Source of the DNA: Acutalibacteraceae bacterium
Lineage (GTDB): Bacteria > Bacillota > Clostridia > Oscillospirales > Acutalibacteraceae
Length of the DNA: 64,000 nucleotides
Assembly: GCA_051880695.1 (NCBI GenBank)
Contig: JBJEOK010000049.1
Coordinates: 300 to 64,299 of the forward strand
Direction of reading: 5' to 3'
The translations under genes and the position numbers were made by a program. The notes under the pieces are model-generated. The model ran no database searches. It saw only the letters and a program-made list of their open reading frames with translations, and had not been told where the DNA came from. This document shows, one piece after another, positions 39,530-47,744 of the stretch (position 1 is its first letter; every line of letters begins with the position of its first letter).

Positions 39530-40003
39530 ATGGTTGAAAAGGATTATAACAGACTTTACAGAAAAGCTAAAAAAATCATAGGCGATAAAACTCCCTTAAA
39601 AAAAGACTGCGGAAAGCTTTGTCAAAAAGCCTGCTGTAAAGGCGACGAAAACACGGGTATGCTTCTTTTTCCTTTCGAGGAAACCTCACTTAACATAAAG
39701 GAAAAAGACGGTGTACGTCTTTGTGTCTGCGGCGGCACTTGTAACAGAAAGGAAAGACCCCTTTCCTGTATGCTCTTTCCCCTTTTTCCTTATATAAATA
39801 AACAGGGCAAAATCAAAGTCAAGGCCGACCTCAGAGGCAAAGAAATTTGTCCACTCACAGAAAGCTTTGACAAGGTTAAATTTGACCGGGGCTTTATAAG
39901 ACGAGTCAAAGAAGTCGGCAGACTTTTAAAGGATGTGCCCGAATGCAGAGAATTTCTTGAAGAGATAAGCCGTGAGCTGGATTTGAGAGAGCTTTTAAAT
40001 TAA
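39530..40003 (+). CDS. Cys-rich protein (possible metal/Fe-S binding, YkgJ-like cluster), unknown function
   Basis: ATG 39530. 'DCGKLCQKACCKG' plus further Cys residues ('CVCGGTCN', 'CMLFP', 'ICP'). The part of ORF 39248..40003 upstream of 39530 overlaps the 5' end of the DUF1846 gene (up to 39380) and its upstream region on the other strand. Confidence 0.6.
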   Translation: MVEKDYNRLYRKAKKIIGDKTPLKKDCGKLCQKACCKGDENTGMLLFPFEETSLNIKEKDGVRLCVCGGTCNRKERPLSCMLFPLFPYINKQGKIKVKADLRGKEICPLTESFDKVKFDRGFIRRVKEVGRLLKDVPECREFLEEISRELDLRELLN

Positions 40004-40119
40004 GCAAAATTGCTGTCATTTAGTTTGTTAAACTTTAAAACAGCTTATTAAAATACGTATTTCGGCTCAGTTTATAACAAATTTTACATAATAATGCAAA
40101 TATTTTTCTTAAAATCATC

Positions 40120-40148
40120 TTTACATATTGAATTTGAAGTGATAAAAT
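40120..40148 (+). promoter_or_regulatory. sigma-A promoter (TTTACA-17-TAAAAT) for nifJ
   Basis: tttaca 40120-40125, taaaat 40143-40148. AGGAGGA SD at about 40192. Confidence 0.55.
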
Positions 40149-40206
40149 GATAGGTGGTAATTTCTAAGCGAATTATTTAATTTAAAATATCAGGAGGAAA
40201 AATCCA

Positions 40207-43200
40207 ATGGCAAGAAAAATGAAAACCATGGACGGTAACAATGCCGCTGCTCACGTTTCTTATGCATTTACCGAAGTAGCCGGTATTTACCCCATCACAC
40301 CCTCAAGCCCTATGGCAGACTATGTTGATCAGTGGTCAGCTCAAGGACTTAAAAACATCTTCGGTACAAAGGTTAACGTTGTTGAAATGCAATCAGAAGC
40401 CGGTGCTGCAGGTACAGTTCACGGCTCACTGGCTGCAGGTGCACTTACCACAACCTACACTGCTTCACAGGGTCTTCTTCTTATGATCCCCAATATGTAC
40501 AAAATCGCCGGTGAGCTTCTCCCCTGCGTTTTCCACGTATCGGCACGTTGCGTTGCTTCACACGCACTTAATATCTTCGGCGACCATTCAGACGTTTATG
40601 CTTGCCGTCAGACAGGCTTTGCAATGCTTGCAGAAACAAATACTCAGGAGGTTATGGACCTCGGTGCAGTAGCTCACTTAGCTTCAATTAAGAGCCGCGT
40701 TCCTTTCCTCAACTTCTTTGACGGTTTCCGTACCTCACATGAGCTTCAAAAAATCGAAGTCTGGGATTTTGACGACCTTAAAGAAATGTGCGATATGGAC
40801 GCTGTTGAAGCTTTCCGTAAGAGAGCTCTCAACCCCGAACGTCCCGTAATGCGCGGTTCACACGAAAATGACGATATCTTCTTCCAGAACAGAGAAGCTT
40901 GTAACAAGTACTACAACGCTGTTCCCGAAATCGTTGAAGAATACATGGGCAAGGTTAACGCTAAGCTCGGCACAGACTATAAGCTCTTTAACTACTACGG
41001 TGCCGCTGACGCTGAAAGAGTTATCGTTGCTATGGGTTCATTCAATGACGTAGCGGAAGAAGTTGTTGATTACCTTACAGCTATGGGCGAAAAGGTAGGT
41101 CTTATCAAGGTTCGCCTTTACAGACCTTTCTCAGCTAAGCATCTTCTTGCAGCTATCCCCGCAACCTGTAAGAAAATCGCTGTTCTTGACAGAACAAAGG
41201 AGCCCGGCTCTCTCGGTGAGCCCCTTTACCTCGACGTTGTTACTGCTCTTGCAACAAACGGCAGAGCTGACATCAAGGTAGTAGGCGGACGTTACGGTCT
41301 CGGCTCAAAAGATACACCTCCCTCAAGCGTATTTGCAGTATATAAAGAGCTTGCAAAGGACGAGCCTAAAAACGGCTTCACAATCGGTATTGTTGACGAC
41401 GTTACTAACCTCTCACTTCCCGAGGAAGCAGCTCCCAACACCGCAGCAGAGGGTACAATCGAATGTAAGTTCTGGGGTCTCGGCGGTGACGGTACCGTTG
41501 GTGCTAACAAGGACTCCATTAAGATTATCGGTGACCATACAGATAAGTATGTTCAGGCTTACTTCCAGTATGACTCAAAGAAAACAGGCGGTATTACAAT
41601 TTCTCACCTTCGTTTTGGCGACAAGCCCATCAAGAGCCCCTACTACATCAACAAAGCTGACTTTGTTGCCTGTCACAACCCCTCATACGTTGAAAAAGGC
41701 TTCAAGATGGTTAACGATGTTAAACCCGGCGGTGTATTCCTCATCAACTGTCAGTGGGATGCTGCTGAGCTTGAAAAGCGTCTTCCTGCAGAGGCAAAGA
41801 GATATATCGCAAACAACAACGTACAGCTTTACACAGTTAACGCTATTGACCTTGCCGCACAAATCGGTCTTGGTAAGAGAACAAATACTGTTCTTCAATC
41901 CGCTTTCTTTGCTCTTTCAAAGGTTCTTCCTGCTGAGGAAGCAATCGGCTATATGAAAGAAAAAGCACAGAAGTTCATGAAGAAGGGTAAAGAAATCGTT
42001 GAAATGAACGAAAAGGCTATTGACGCAGGTGCAACAGCTTATGTTAAAATTGACGTTCCCGCTTCATGGGCAGATGCAGTTGACGGCGAAGCCGCAGCAG
42101 CATCAAAGGGTGCAGAAAAGCTTGTTAAGATGGTTGACACCATTCTCAAGCCCATCGGTGTTATGGACGGCTACTCACTTCCCGTTTCAGCATTCACCGA
42201 GCACGCAGACGGTACCTTTGAGCACGGCGCATCAGCTTACGAAAAGCGCGGCGTTGCAGTTCTTGTTCCCGAATGGGATAACACAAAATGTATCCAATGT
42301 AACCAGTGTGCTTATGTTTGTCCCCACGCTACAATCCGTCCCTTTGCTATGGACGAAGCTGAGCTTGCAGCAGCTCCTGCACAGATGAAGAAAGCTGAAA
42401 AGCCCGTTGCAAAGACAAGCTACACTTACACTCTTGCAGTTTCACCTATGGACTGTATGGGTTGCGGCGTATGTATCGGTGTATGTAACAAGGGCGCTCT
42501 CAAGATGGTTTCTAAGGATTCACAAATTGCACAGCAGGAAGTATTCGATTACTGCGTAGCAAATGTAACAGAAAAGCCTGAAACAACTGCCACAATCACT
42601 GTTCCCTCAAGCCAGTTCAAGAAGCCTCTTCTTGAGTTCTCCGGCTCTTGCGCAGGTTGTGCCGAGACATCTTATGCACGTCTCATCACACAGCTCTTCG
42701 GTGACAGAATGTATATTTCAAACGCAACAGGCTGTTCATCAATCTGGGGCGGTCCCGCAGCAACCTCACCCTACACCGTTAATAAAGACGGTCACGGTCC
42801 TGCCTGGGCAAACTCACTGTTTGAAGATAACGCAGAGCACGGTCTCGGTATGTACTACGGTCAGCAGGCTATCAGAGACAGACTTATCGAAGACGTTAAG
42901 GCTATCGTTGCTTATGACGGCACAGTAGCAGACGTTAAAGCTGCCGGTGAAGAATATCTTGCAACACTTGAAGACGGCAAGAAGAACGCAGAAGCTTCAA
43001 AGGCTCTCATTGCTGCTCTCAAGGCTGCAAACGCAGACTGCGACCTTTGCAGAGACGTCCTTGACAACAGCGAATACCTTTCAAAGAAATCCATTTGGAT
43101 CTTCGGCGGTGACGGCTGGGCATACGATATCGGTTACGGCGGTCTTGACCACGTGCTTGCTTCCGGTAAGAACGTTAACGTAATGGTATTTGATACAGAG

Positions 43201-43752
43201 GTTTACTCCAACACAGGCGGTCAGGCTTCAAAGGCTTCCAACATCGGTCAGGTTGCACAGTTTGCTGCTGCCGGTAAGGACATCAACAAGAAGTCACTTG
43301 CTGAAATTGCAATGAGCTACGGCTATGTTTACGTTGCACAAATTGCTATGGGCGCAAACGTTAACCAGACACTCAAGGCAATCCAGGAAGCAGAAGCTTA
43401 CAACGGTCCCTCACTTATCATCGGCTACTCACCCTGCGAAATGCACTCAATCAAGGGCGGTATGGTTAACTGCCAGGCTGAGATGAAGAAGGCTGTTGAA
43501 TGCGGTTACTGGAATCTCTTCCGTTACAACCCCGCACTCAAGGCAGAGGGCAAGAACCCGTTCACTCTCGACAGCAAAGAGCCCAACGCAGAGTATCAGG
43601 CATTCATTAAGAATGAGGCCCGTTACACAAGACTTATGCGTGAGTTCCCCGAAAGAGCAGACAAGCTCTTCAAGAAGAGCGAAGACGTTGCAAAGGCAAG
43701 ATATGCACATCTTCTCAAGCTCAAGGATCTCTATGCTCCCGACGCAGAATAG
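40207..43752 (+). CDS. nifJ: pyruvate:ferredoxin (flavodoxin) oxidoreductase
   Basis: 1181 aa single-chain PFOR. 'CIQCNQCAYVCPHA' and 'CMGCGVCIGVCNKGA' 4Fe-4S motifs. 'GGDGWAYDIGYGGLDH' TPP-binding region. Confidence 0.97.
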   Translation: MARKMKTMDGNNAAAHVSYAFTEVAGIYPITPSSPMADYVDQWSAQGLKNIFGTKVNVVEMQSEAGAAGTVHGSLAAGALTTTYTASQGLLLMIPNMYKIAGELLPCVFHVSARCVASHALNIFGDHSDVYACRQTGFAMLAETNTQEVMDLGAVAHLASIKSRVPFLNFFDGFRTSHELQKIEVWDFDDLKEMCDMDAVEAFRKRALNPERPVMRGSHENDDIFFQNREACNKYYNAVPEIVEEYMGKVNAKLGTDYKLFNYYGAADAERVIVAMGSFNDVAEEVVDYLTAMGEKVGLIKVRLYRPFSAKHLLAAIPATCKKIAVLDRTKEPGSLGEPLYLDVVTALATNGRADIKVVGGRYGLGSKDTPPSSVFAVYKELAKDEPKNGFTIGIVDDVTNLSLPEEAAPNTAAEGTIECKFWGLGGDGTVGANKDSIKIIGDHTDKYVQAYFQYDSKKTGGITISHLRFGDKPIKSPYYINKADFVACHNPSYVEKGFKMVNDVKPGGVFLINCQWDAAELEKRLPAEAKRYIANNNVQLYTVNAIDLAAQIGLGKRTNTVLQSAFFALSKVLPAEEAIGYMKEKAQKFMKKGKEIVEMNEKAIDAGATAYVKIDVPASWADAVDGEAAAASKGAEKLVKMVDTILKPIGVMDGYSLPVSAFTEHADGTFEHGASAYEKRGVAVLVPEWDNTKCIQCNQCAYVCPHATIRPFAMDEAELAAAPAQMKKAEKPVAKTSYTYTLAVSPMDCMGCGVCIGVCNKGALKMVSKDSQIAQQEVFDYCVANVTEKPETTATITVPSSQFKKPLLEFSGSCAGCAETSYARLITQLFGDRMYISNATGCSSIWGGPAATSPYTVNKDGHGPAWANSLFEDNAEHGLGMYYGQQAIRDRLIEDVKAIVAYDGTVADVKAAGEEYLATLEDGKKNAEASKALIAALKAANADCDLCRDVLDNSEYLSKKSIWIFGGDGWAYDIGYGGLDHVLASGKNVNVMVFDTEVYSNTGGQASKASNIGQVAQFAAAGKDINKKSLAEIAMSYGYVYVAQIAMGANVNQTLKAIQEAEAYNGPSLIIGYSPCEMHSIKGGMVNCQAEMKKAVECGYWNLFRYNPALKAEGKNPFTLDSKEPNAEYQAFIKNEARYTRLMREFPERADKLFKKSEDVAKARYAHLLKLKDLYAPDAE

Positions 43753-44024
43753 TCGAGTACCTCGACACGATTGTCACGTGATAGAGTTATTTAAAAGATA
43801 ACTTTACACCGCTGAAAATAAGTTGTGGGTAACGGCAGACAGCCGATTACATCGGCGGGAATGTCACGGCCGATTACATCGGCAGGAATGTCACGGGATA
43901 GAGTTATATAAAAATAAACTTTACACCGCTGTCGAGTACCTCGACACGAATATCCCGTGATAAAATTATATTAAGGATAACTTTACACCGCTGAATATAG
44001 GTTAAAGCTTTTATAAAAAAACAA

Positions 44025-44067
44025 ATCAACCTGACGCTTAAAATAAGTGTCAGGTTGATATTTTATT
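44025..44067 (+). terminator. intrinsic terminator embedded in the repeat array (probable nifJ terminator)
   Basis: 11-bp stem atcaacctgac/gtcaggttgat, 13-nt loop gcttaaaataagt, then attttatt. The loop and inner stem are near-identical to the hairpin at 56408-56452. Confidence 0.65.
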
Positions 44068-44134
44068 CAGTAATTTAACTCTGTTGTCACGAATGATAAT
44101 TATTTAAAAATAAACTTTACACCACATAATTAAA

Positions 44135-44334
44135 GTTGTGGGCAACGGCAGACAGCCGATTACATCGGCAGGACTATCACGGGGTAAAGTTATATAAAGT
44201 CTAACTCTACACCGCTCAATATACGTTGTGGGTAACGGCAGACAGCCGATTACATCGGCAGGACTATCACGGGGTAAAGTTATATAAAGTCTAACTCTAC
44301 ACCGCTTAATATACGTTGTGGGTAACGGCAGACA
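44135..44334 (+). repeat. 90-bp tandem repeat, 2.2 copies
   Basis: Units start at 44135, 44225 and 44315 (the last truncated after gttgtgggtaacggcagaca). Copies 1 and 2 differ at only a few positions (ggc/ggt, ctc/ctt). Confidence 0.9.
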
Positions 44335-44364
44335 TGCAAAAGTTTTTTGCTTACTTTTTTGTTA

Positions 44365-44742
44365 TCACTGTACGAATTTTTGCAATAGTTCCACAGCTTC
44401 ATTTACATTTAAAACTTTACCCATAGCTGCAACCTTTTCATTGACAACAATGGCTGGCATACTCATCACACCGTACTCCATTATTTTCTGCATATCGGTA
44501 ATGTATTCCACCTCTACGGAAAGTCCCATATCCTTTACTGCCCGGCAGACATTTTCATACTGTTTGTGACAGGCTTTACAGCCTGCGCCTAAAACTTTGA
44601 TACAGCAAATTCCGTTCTCTGCTTCGGCACAGCAAGCATTGCTGATTTTTTCAGTTTCACCTGTTGTACAGTCACAACCGCAAGGCGTGACAGGAACTTT
44701 CTTTTTTTCTTCTTTTTTCTTTCCGAAATTAAATAATGCCAT
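44365..44742 (-). CDS. thioredoxin-fold redox-active disulfide protein (TM0996/MTH895 type) with Cys-rich N-terminal extension
   Basis: 'VLGAGCKACH' CxxC and 'GVMSMPAIVVNEKV'. N-terminus 'PCGCDCTTG ... ACCAEAENGICC'. Confidence 0.8.
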   Translation of the reverse strand: MALFNFGKKKEEKKKVPVTPCGCDCTTGETEKISNACCAEAENGICCIKVLGAGCKACHKQYENVCRAVKDMGLSVEVEYITDMQKIMEYGVMSMPAIVVNEKVAAMGKVLNVNEAVELLQKFVQ

Positions 44743-44760
44743 AATAATAACCTCCTGAAA

Positions 44761-45774
44761 TTAAACAATTAAATATTGTATTGCGTTGAAGAAATAGCCC
44801 ACAACGATAATACCTACTGTGCATATCGCAACGAAAATGCCGAGTAATTTCGGCTTTACTGCCTTACGCAGCATAATCATTGACGGCAGAGAAAGTGTAG
44901 TAACCGCCATCATAAATGAAAGTACAACACCGAGCAAAGCACCCTTTGCGAGCAAAGCTTCTGCAATTGGAACCGTACCGAAAATATCTGCGTACATCGG
45001 CACACCTGCAATAGTAGCAAGGATAACACCAAAGGGGTTGTTATCACCGAGAATTTTCACAATAAATTCTTGCGGTACCCAGTTGTGAATAATTGCACCG
45101 ATACCCACACCGATTAAGACATAGGGATAAACTTTTTTTACAGTAGAAATTACTTGTTCCCACGAATATTTCAGGCGGTCTTTGAAATATAATTTTTCCT
45201 GCTCAACAGAGATGGAATGTCCGTTTCGGATAAATTCTTCAACTTGATTTTCAAGGTGTAGCTTTTCAATCAGCGTACCGCCCAGCACTGCAATTACAAG
45301 ACCGAGTACAACATAAACAATTGCTACTTTCCAACCGAAAATACTCATTAAAAGTACAAGGCTTCCAAGGTCAACCATAGGCGAGGAAATCAAAAAGGAA
45401 AATGTTACTCCAAGGGGCAGTCCTGCGCTTGTAAAGCCTATGAACAGAGGAATAGATGAGCAGGAGCAAAAGGGTGTTACCGTGCCGAGTAATGCGGCAA
45501 CAACATTTGCACCTATTCCGTGAAATCTGCCGAGTATCTCTTTGGTTCTCTCCGGCGGAAAAAACGACTGAATATACGAGATAATCAAAATTAAGCTTCC
45601 CAAAAGCACCATAATTTTGACAGTATCGTAAATAAAGAACTGAACGCTGCCGCCGATTCTGCTTGTAGTATCTAACCCGCAAGCATTCAATAATGTTGAT
45701 ATAAGTCGGTTAAGCCAGCTTATACCGAGGATTTCCCTTTGAAAAAAATCCCACGCTGTTTTTAATGCTTCCAT
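44761..45774 (-). CDS. ArsP/DUF318-family permease
   Basis: 337 aa polytopic protein with the 'TPFCSCSSIPLF' vicinal-Cys motif typical of this family. Usual neighbours ArsR + thioredoxin-like protein. Confidence 0.8.
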   Translation of the reverse strand: MEALKTAWDFFQREILGISWLNRLISTLLNACGLDTTSRIGGSVQFFIYDTVKIMVLLGSLILIISYIQSFFPPERTKEILGRFHGIGANVVAALLGTVTPFCSCSSIPLFIGFTSAGLPLGVTFSFLISSPMVDLGSLVLLMSIFGWKVAIVYVVLGLVIAVLGGTLIEKLHLENQVEEFIRNGHSISVEQEKLYFKDRLKYSWEQVISTVKKVYPYVLIGVGIGAIIHNWVPQEFIVKILGDNNPFGVILATIAGVPMYADIFGTVPIAEALLAKGALLGVVLSFMMAVTTLSLPSMIMLRKAVKPKLLGIFVAICTVGIIVVGYFFNAIQYLIV

Positions 45775-45856
45775 AAAAGGCTCCTTTCACATATCGTTAA
45801 ATTGAAATATATCAATATGTTATCAGTTTTATAAGTCGTGCGGAAAGCTTGAAAAT

Positions 45857-46168
45857 TCATTGCTTTTCACAGCACGGCTTGTTTTCATATTCAACATCAA
45901 GGGTTGTCAACTGCCGCAAACACTCTTTTGCCTGCTTCACACCTTTTTCTGAAATAGAATAGTGCATCCATTTCCCCTCTTTGCGACCGACAACCACACC
46001 GGAATCACAAAGAATTTTCATGTGATGTGACAGTGTAGGCTGTGTTACATCAATTTTCTCCAACAGCTTGCAAGCACATTTTTCCCCTGAACACAGCAGC
46101 TTTATAATTTTAATACGGTTTTCATCACAAAACGCTTTAAAGATTTCCGCAGTTCTTCTTTCGTCCAT
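45857..46168 (-). CDS. ArsR/SmtB-family metalloregulator
   Basis: 'CACKLLEKIDVTQPTLSHHMKIL' HTH with metal-site Cys residues. ATG 46168 has a GGTGG SD (the ORF track starts at GTG 46177). Confidence 0.88.
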   Translation of the reverse strand: MDERRTAEIFKAFCDENRIKIIKLLCSGEKCACKLLEKIDVTQPTLSHHMKILCDSGVVVGRKEGKWMHYSISEKGVKQAKECLRQLTTLDVEYENKPCCEKQ

Positions 46169-46179
46169 ATCTTCCACCT

Positions 46180-46201
46180 CATATAGATAATTATCTATAT
46201 G
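46180..46201. promoter_or_regulatory. perfect 22-bp palindrome, putative ArsR-family operator
   Basis: catatagataattatctatatg is its own reverse complement. It lies 12-33 nt upstream of the arsR-like ATG. Confidence 0.6.
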
Positions 46202-46350
46202 ATATTATATACGTCACACAGGAAAATGTCAATATATTTTAATTATTAAATAAAAAGGCAGCGTAAAAAACATTTCTGTTTTCACACGCTGTCTTTAATG
46301 TTGTTTGTTTTTATGTTTATAAATTACTTTTTAAAAATTGCTCATATTAT

Positions 46351-46719
46351 TTACTTCATTTTATCAAGCTTGTTTTTTATTGCCTCAAAGCTTTCCTCTG
46401 AAATAATATGCTCAATCTTACAGGCATCCTTTGATGCAGTTTCCGCGCTTACTCCCAGCGTGACAAAAGCTTTTGTCAGCACTTGATGCCGTTCATACAG
46501 CTTTTCCGCAACGGCTTTTCCCGGAGGCAGAAGCAGGATATTTCCGTCACCCATAACCTCTATATATCCGTTTTCGCGTAAGTTTTTCATAGCAACGCTC
46601 ACACTGGGCTTTGAAAAACCCAGCTCATTTGCAATATCAATACTACGGCAGGAGCCTTTTGTGTTTTGCAGCATAAGGATTGTTTCGAGGTAGTTTTCTG
46701 CTGATTGCTGAATTTTCAT
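46351..46719 (-). CDS. DtxR/MntR-family metal-dependent transcriptional repressor
   Basis: 'ENYLETILML' and 'IANELGFSKPSVSVAMKNLRENGYI'. 122 aa (no SH3-like C-domain). Confidence 0.85.
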   Translation of the reverse strand: MKIQQSAENYLETILMLQNTKGSCRSIDIANELGFSKPSVSVAMKNLRENGYIEVMGDGNILLLPPGKAVAEKLYERHQVLTKAFVTLGVSAETASKDACKIEHIISEESFEAIKNKLDKMK

Positions 46720-46752
46720 AAGTTTGCTCCTTTTTACAAGCTCTGAGCCTTG

Positions 46753-47730
46753 TTATTTAATCTGCCTGATATCTCTGCCGCAAAAAGCAAGGGGTGTGCT
46801 GCTGCCGAAAAGTCGCGAGGCAATGCGTTGGGTGTACTTTTCGTAGATTTCTTCCATTTCAAGGTTAGTGCTGATTATTGTAGGCAGACCCTTTAACAGC
46901 CTTGTGTTAATTATATCGTGGAGGGCGGCAACTGTGAATTGTGTGGAAAACTCAACGCCTAAATCGTCAATAATGAGCAGATCTGCGTTTAAAATATCCT
47001 CTTTTTCGCTTTGGTCCGTATTTTTTCTGCCGCCGAAATGCTCTTTTTCAAGCTTTTCCATAATTGACTGAATACTGCCGTAGTAAACACCGTAACCGCG
47101 CTCAATTGCCACATTTGCAATTGCAAGGGAAAGGTGAGTTTTACCAAGGCCGGTACCGCCGTACATAATAAGCCAGCCGGATTTCTTTGTAAAGTCCTTT
47201 GCATAGGCCTTACAGAAATTCAATATGCTTTCCATCTGCTTTTTTTGACTGATACCTAAAACCGGGTCAATAACATCGGGGTAATAGTCAAGGGAAAACT
47301 TTTCAAAGGTGCAAGCCTTGACAGGTGTACTCTCGCCTAAAAGAGCCTTTGCCTGTTCAACGGTTTCCTTTTGAAGGCAGGTACAAAAATATCCGTCGTG
47401 GCTTCCCGTGTCCTTACAAACAGGGCAGAAGTATTCCACATCAAGATAAGCTTCGTCAAAGCCGTTTTCTTTTAAAAGCTGCCTTTTCTTTTCCTGCGCT
47501 AAAAGGCTTTTTCGTGAAAGGTTTTCCATAAAGGCTATTGTGTCACCGCCCATAGCTAAGCCTTTGACGGCTTCAAGTCCGTAGGACGCGATTTCACTTT
47601 CGATTTGTGCGATTTCAGGGCAAACTGAAACAACCTCTAAGCGACGTCTTTCGTTTTCGCTTTCGGCTCTTTTTCTGCGTTTTTCAATTTCAAGCTTTGC
47701 GTTTAAATAAACCGCTTCCTTGTAGCCCAT
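46753..47730 (-). CDS. dnaI: helicase loader ATPase DnaI/DnaC family
   Basis: 'YGGTGLGKTHLSLAIAN' Walker A and 'DLLIIDDLGVE' Walker B. N-terminal Cys4 zinc motif 'CPVCKDTGSHDGYFCTC'. Confidence 0.88.
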   Translation of the reverse strand: MGYKEAVYLNAKLEIEKRRKRAESENERRRLEVVSVCPEIAQIESEIASYGLEAVKGLAMGGDTIAFMENLSRKSLLAQEKKRQLLKENGFDEAYLDVEYFCPVCKDTGSHDGYFCTCLQKETVEQAKALLGESTPVKACTFEKFSLDYYPDVIDPVLGISQKKQMESILNFCKAYAKDFTKKSGWLIMYGGTGLGKTHLSLAIANVAIERGYGVYYGSIQSIMEKLEKEHFGGRKNTDQSEKEDILNADLLIIDDLGVEFSTQFTVAALHDIINTRLLKGLPTIISTNLEMEEIYEKYTQRIASRLFGSSTPLAFCGRDIRQIK

Positions 47731-47744
47731 AAGGTCACCTCTTA

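Larger units (their letters stand above)
43753..44334 (+). repeat. mosaic array of interspersed repeat modules (BIME/REP-like)
   Basis: 40-nt core (consensus about tcacgggataaagttatataaaaataaactttacaccgct) at 43774-43813, 43891-43930, 43953-43992, 44087-44126, 44177-44216 and 44267-44306. Hairpin tcgag-tac-ctcga at 43753-43765 and 43932-43944. Hairpin gccgat-tac-atcggc at 43842-43856, 43869-43883, 44155-44169 and 44245-44259. Module gttgtgggtaacggcagaca at 43822, 44135, 44225 and 44315. Confidence 0.9.

Noticed and set aside
43774-43786. parS-like tcacgtga centre in the first core copy
   Set aside because: Only this one diverged copy has the CACGTG centre. The flanks do not match TGTTNCACGTGAAACA, and the other cores read tcacggga.
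43753-44334. CRISPR array interpretation of the regularly spaced 40-nt cores
   Set aside because: The 'repeats' differ from each other at many positions, while the 'spacers' are themselves repeated modules (two hairpin types). There is no leader or cas genes, and spacing is irregular (22 to about 94 nt).
44318-44569. 83-aa ORF starting inside the last repeat unit
   Set aside because: It is antisense to the well-supported thioredoxin-fold gene (44365-44742), has no RBS and starts in repeat sequence.
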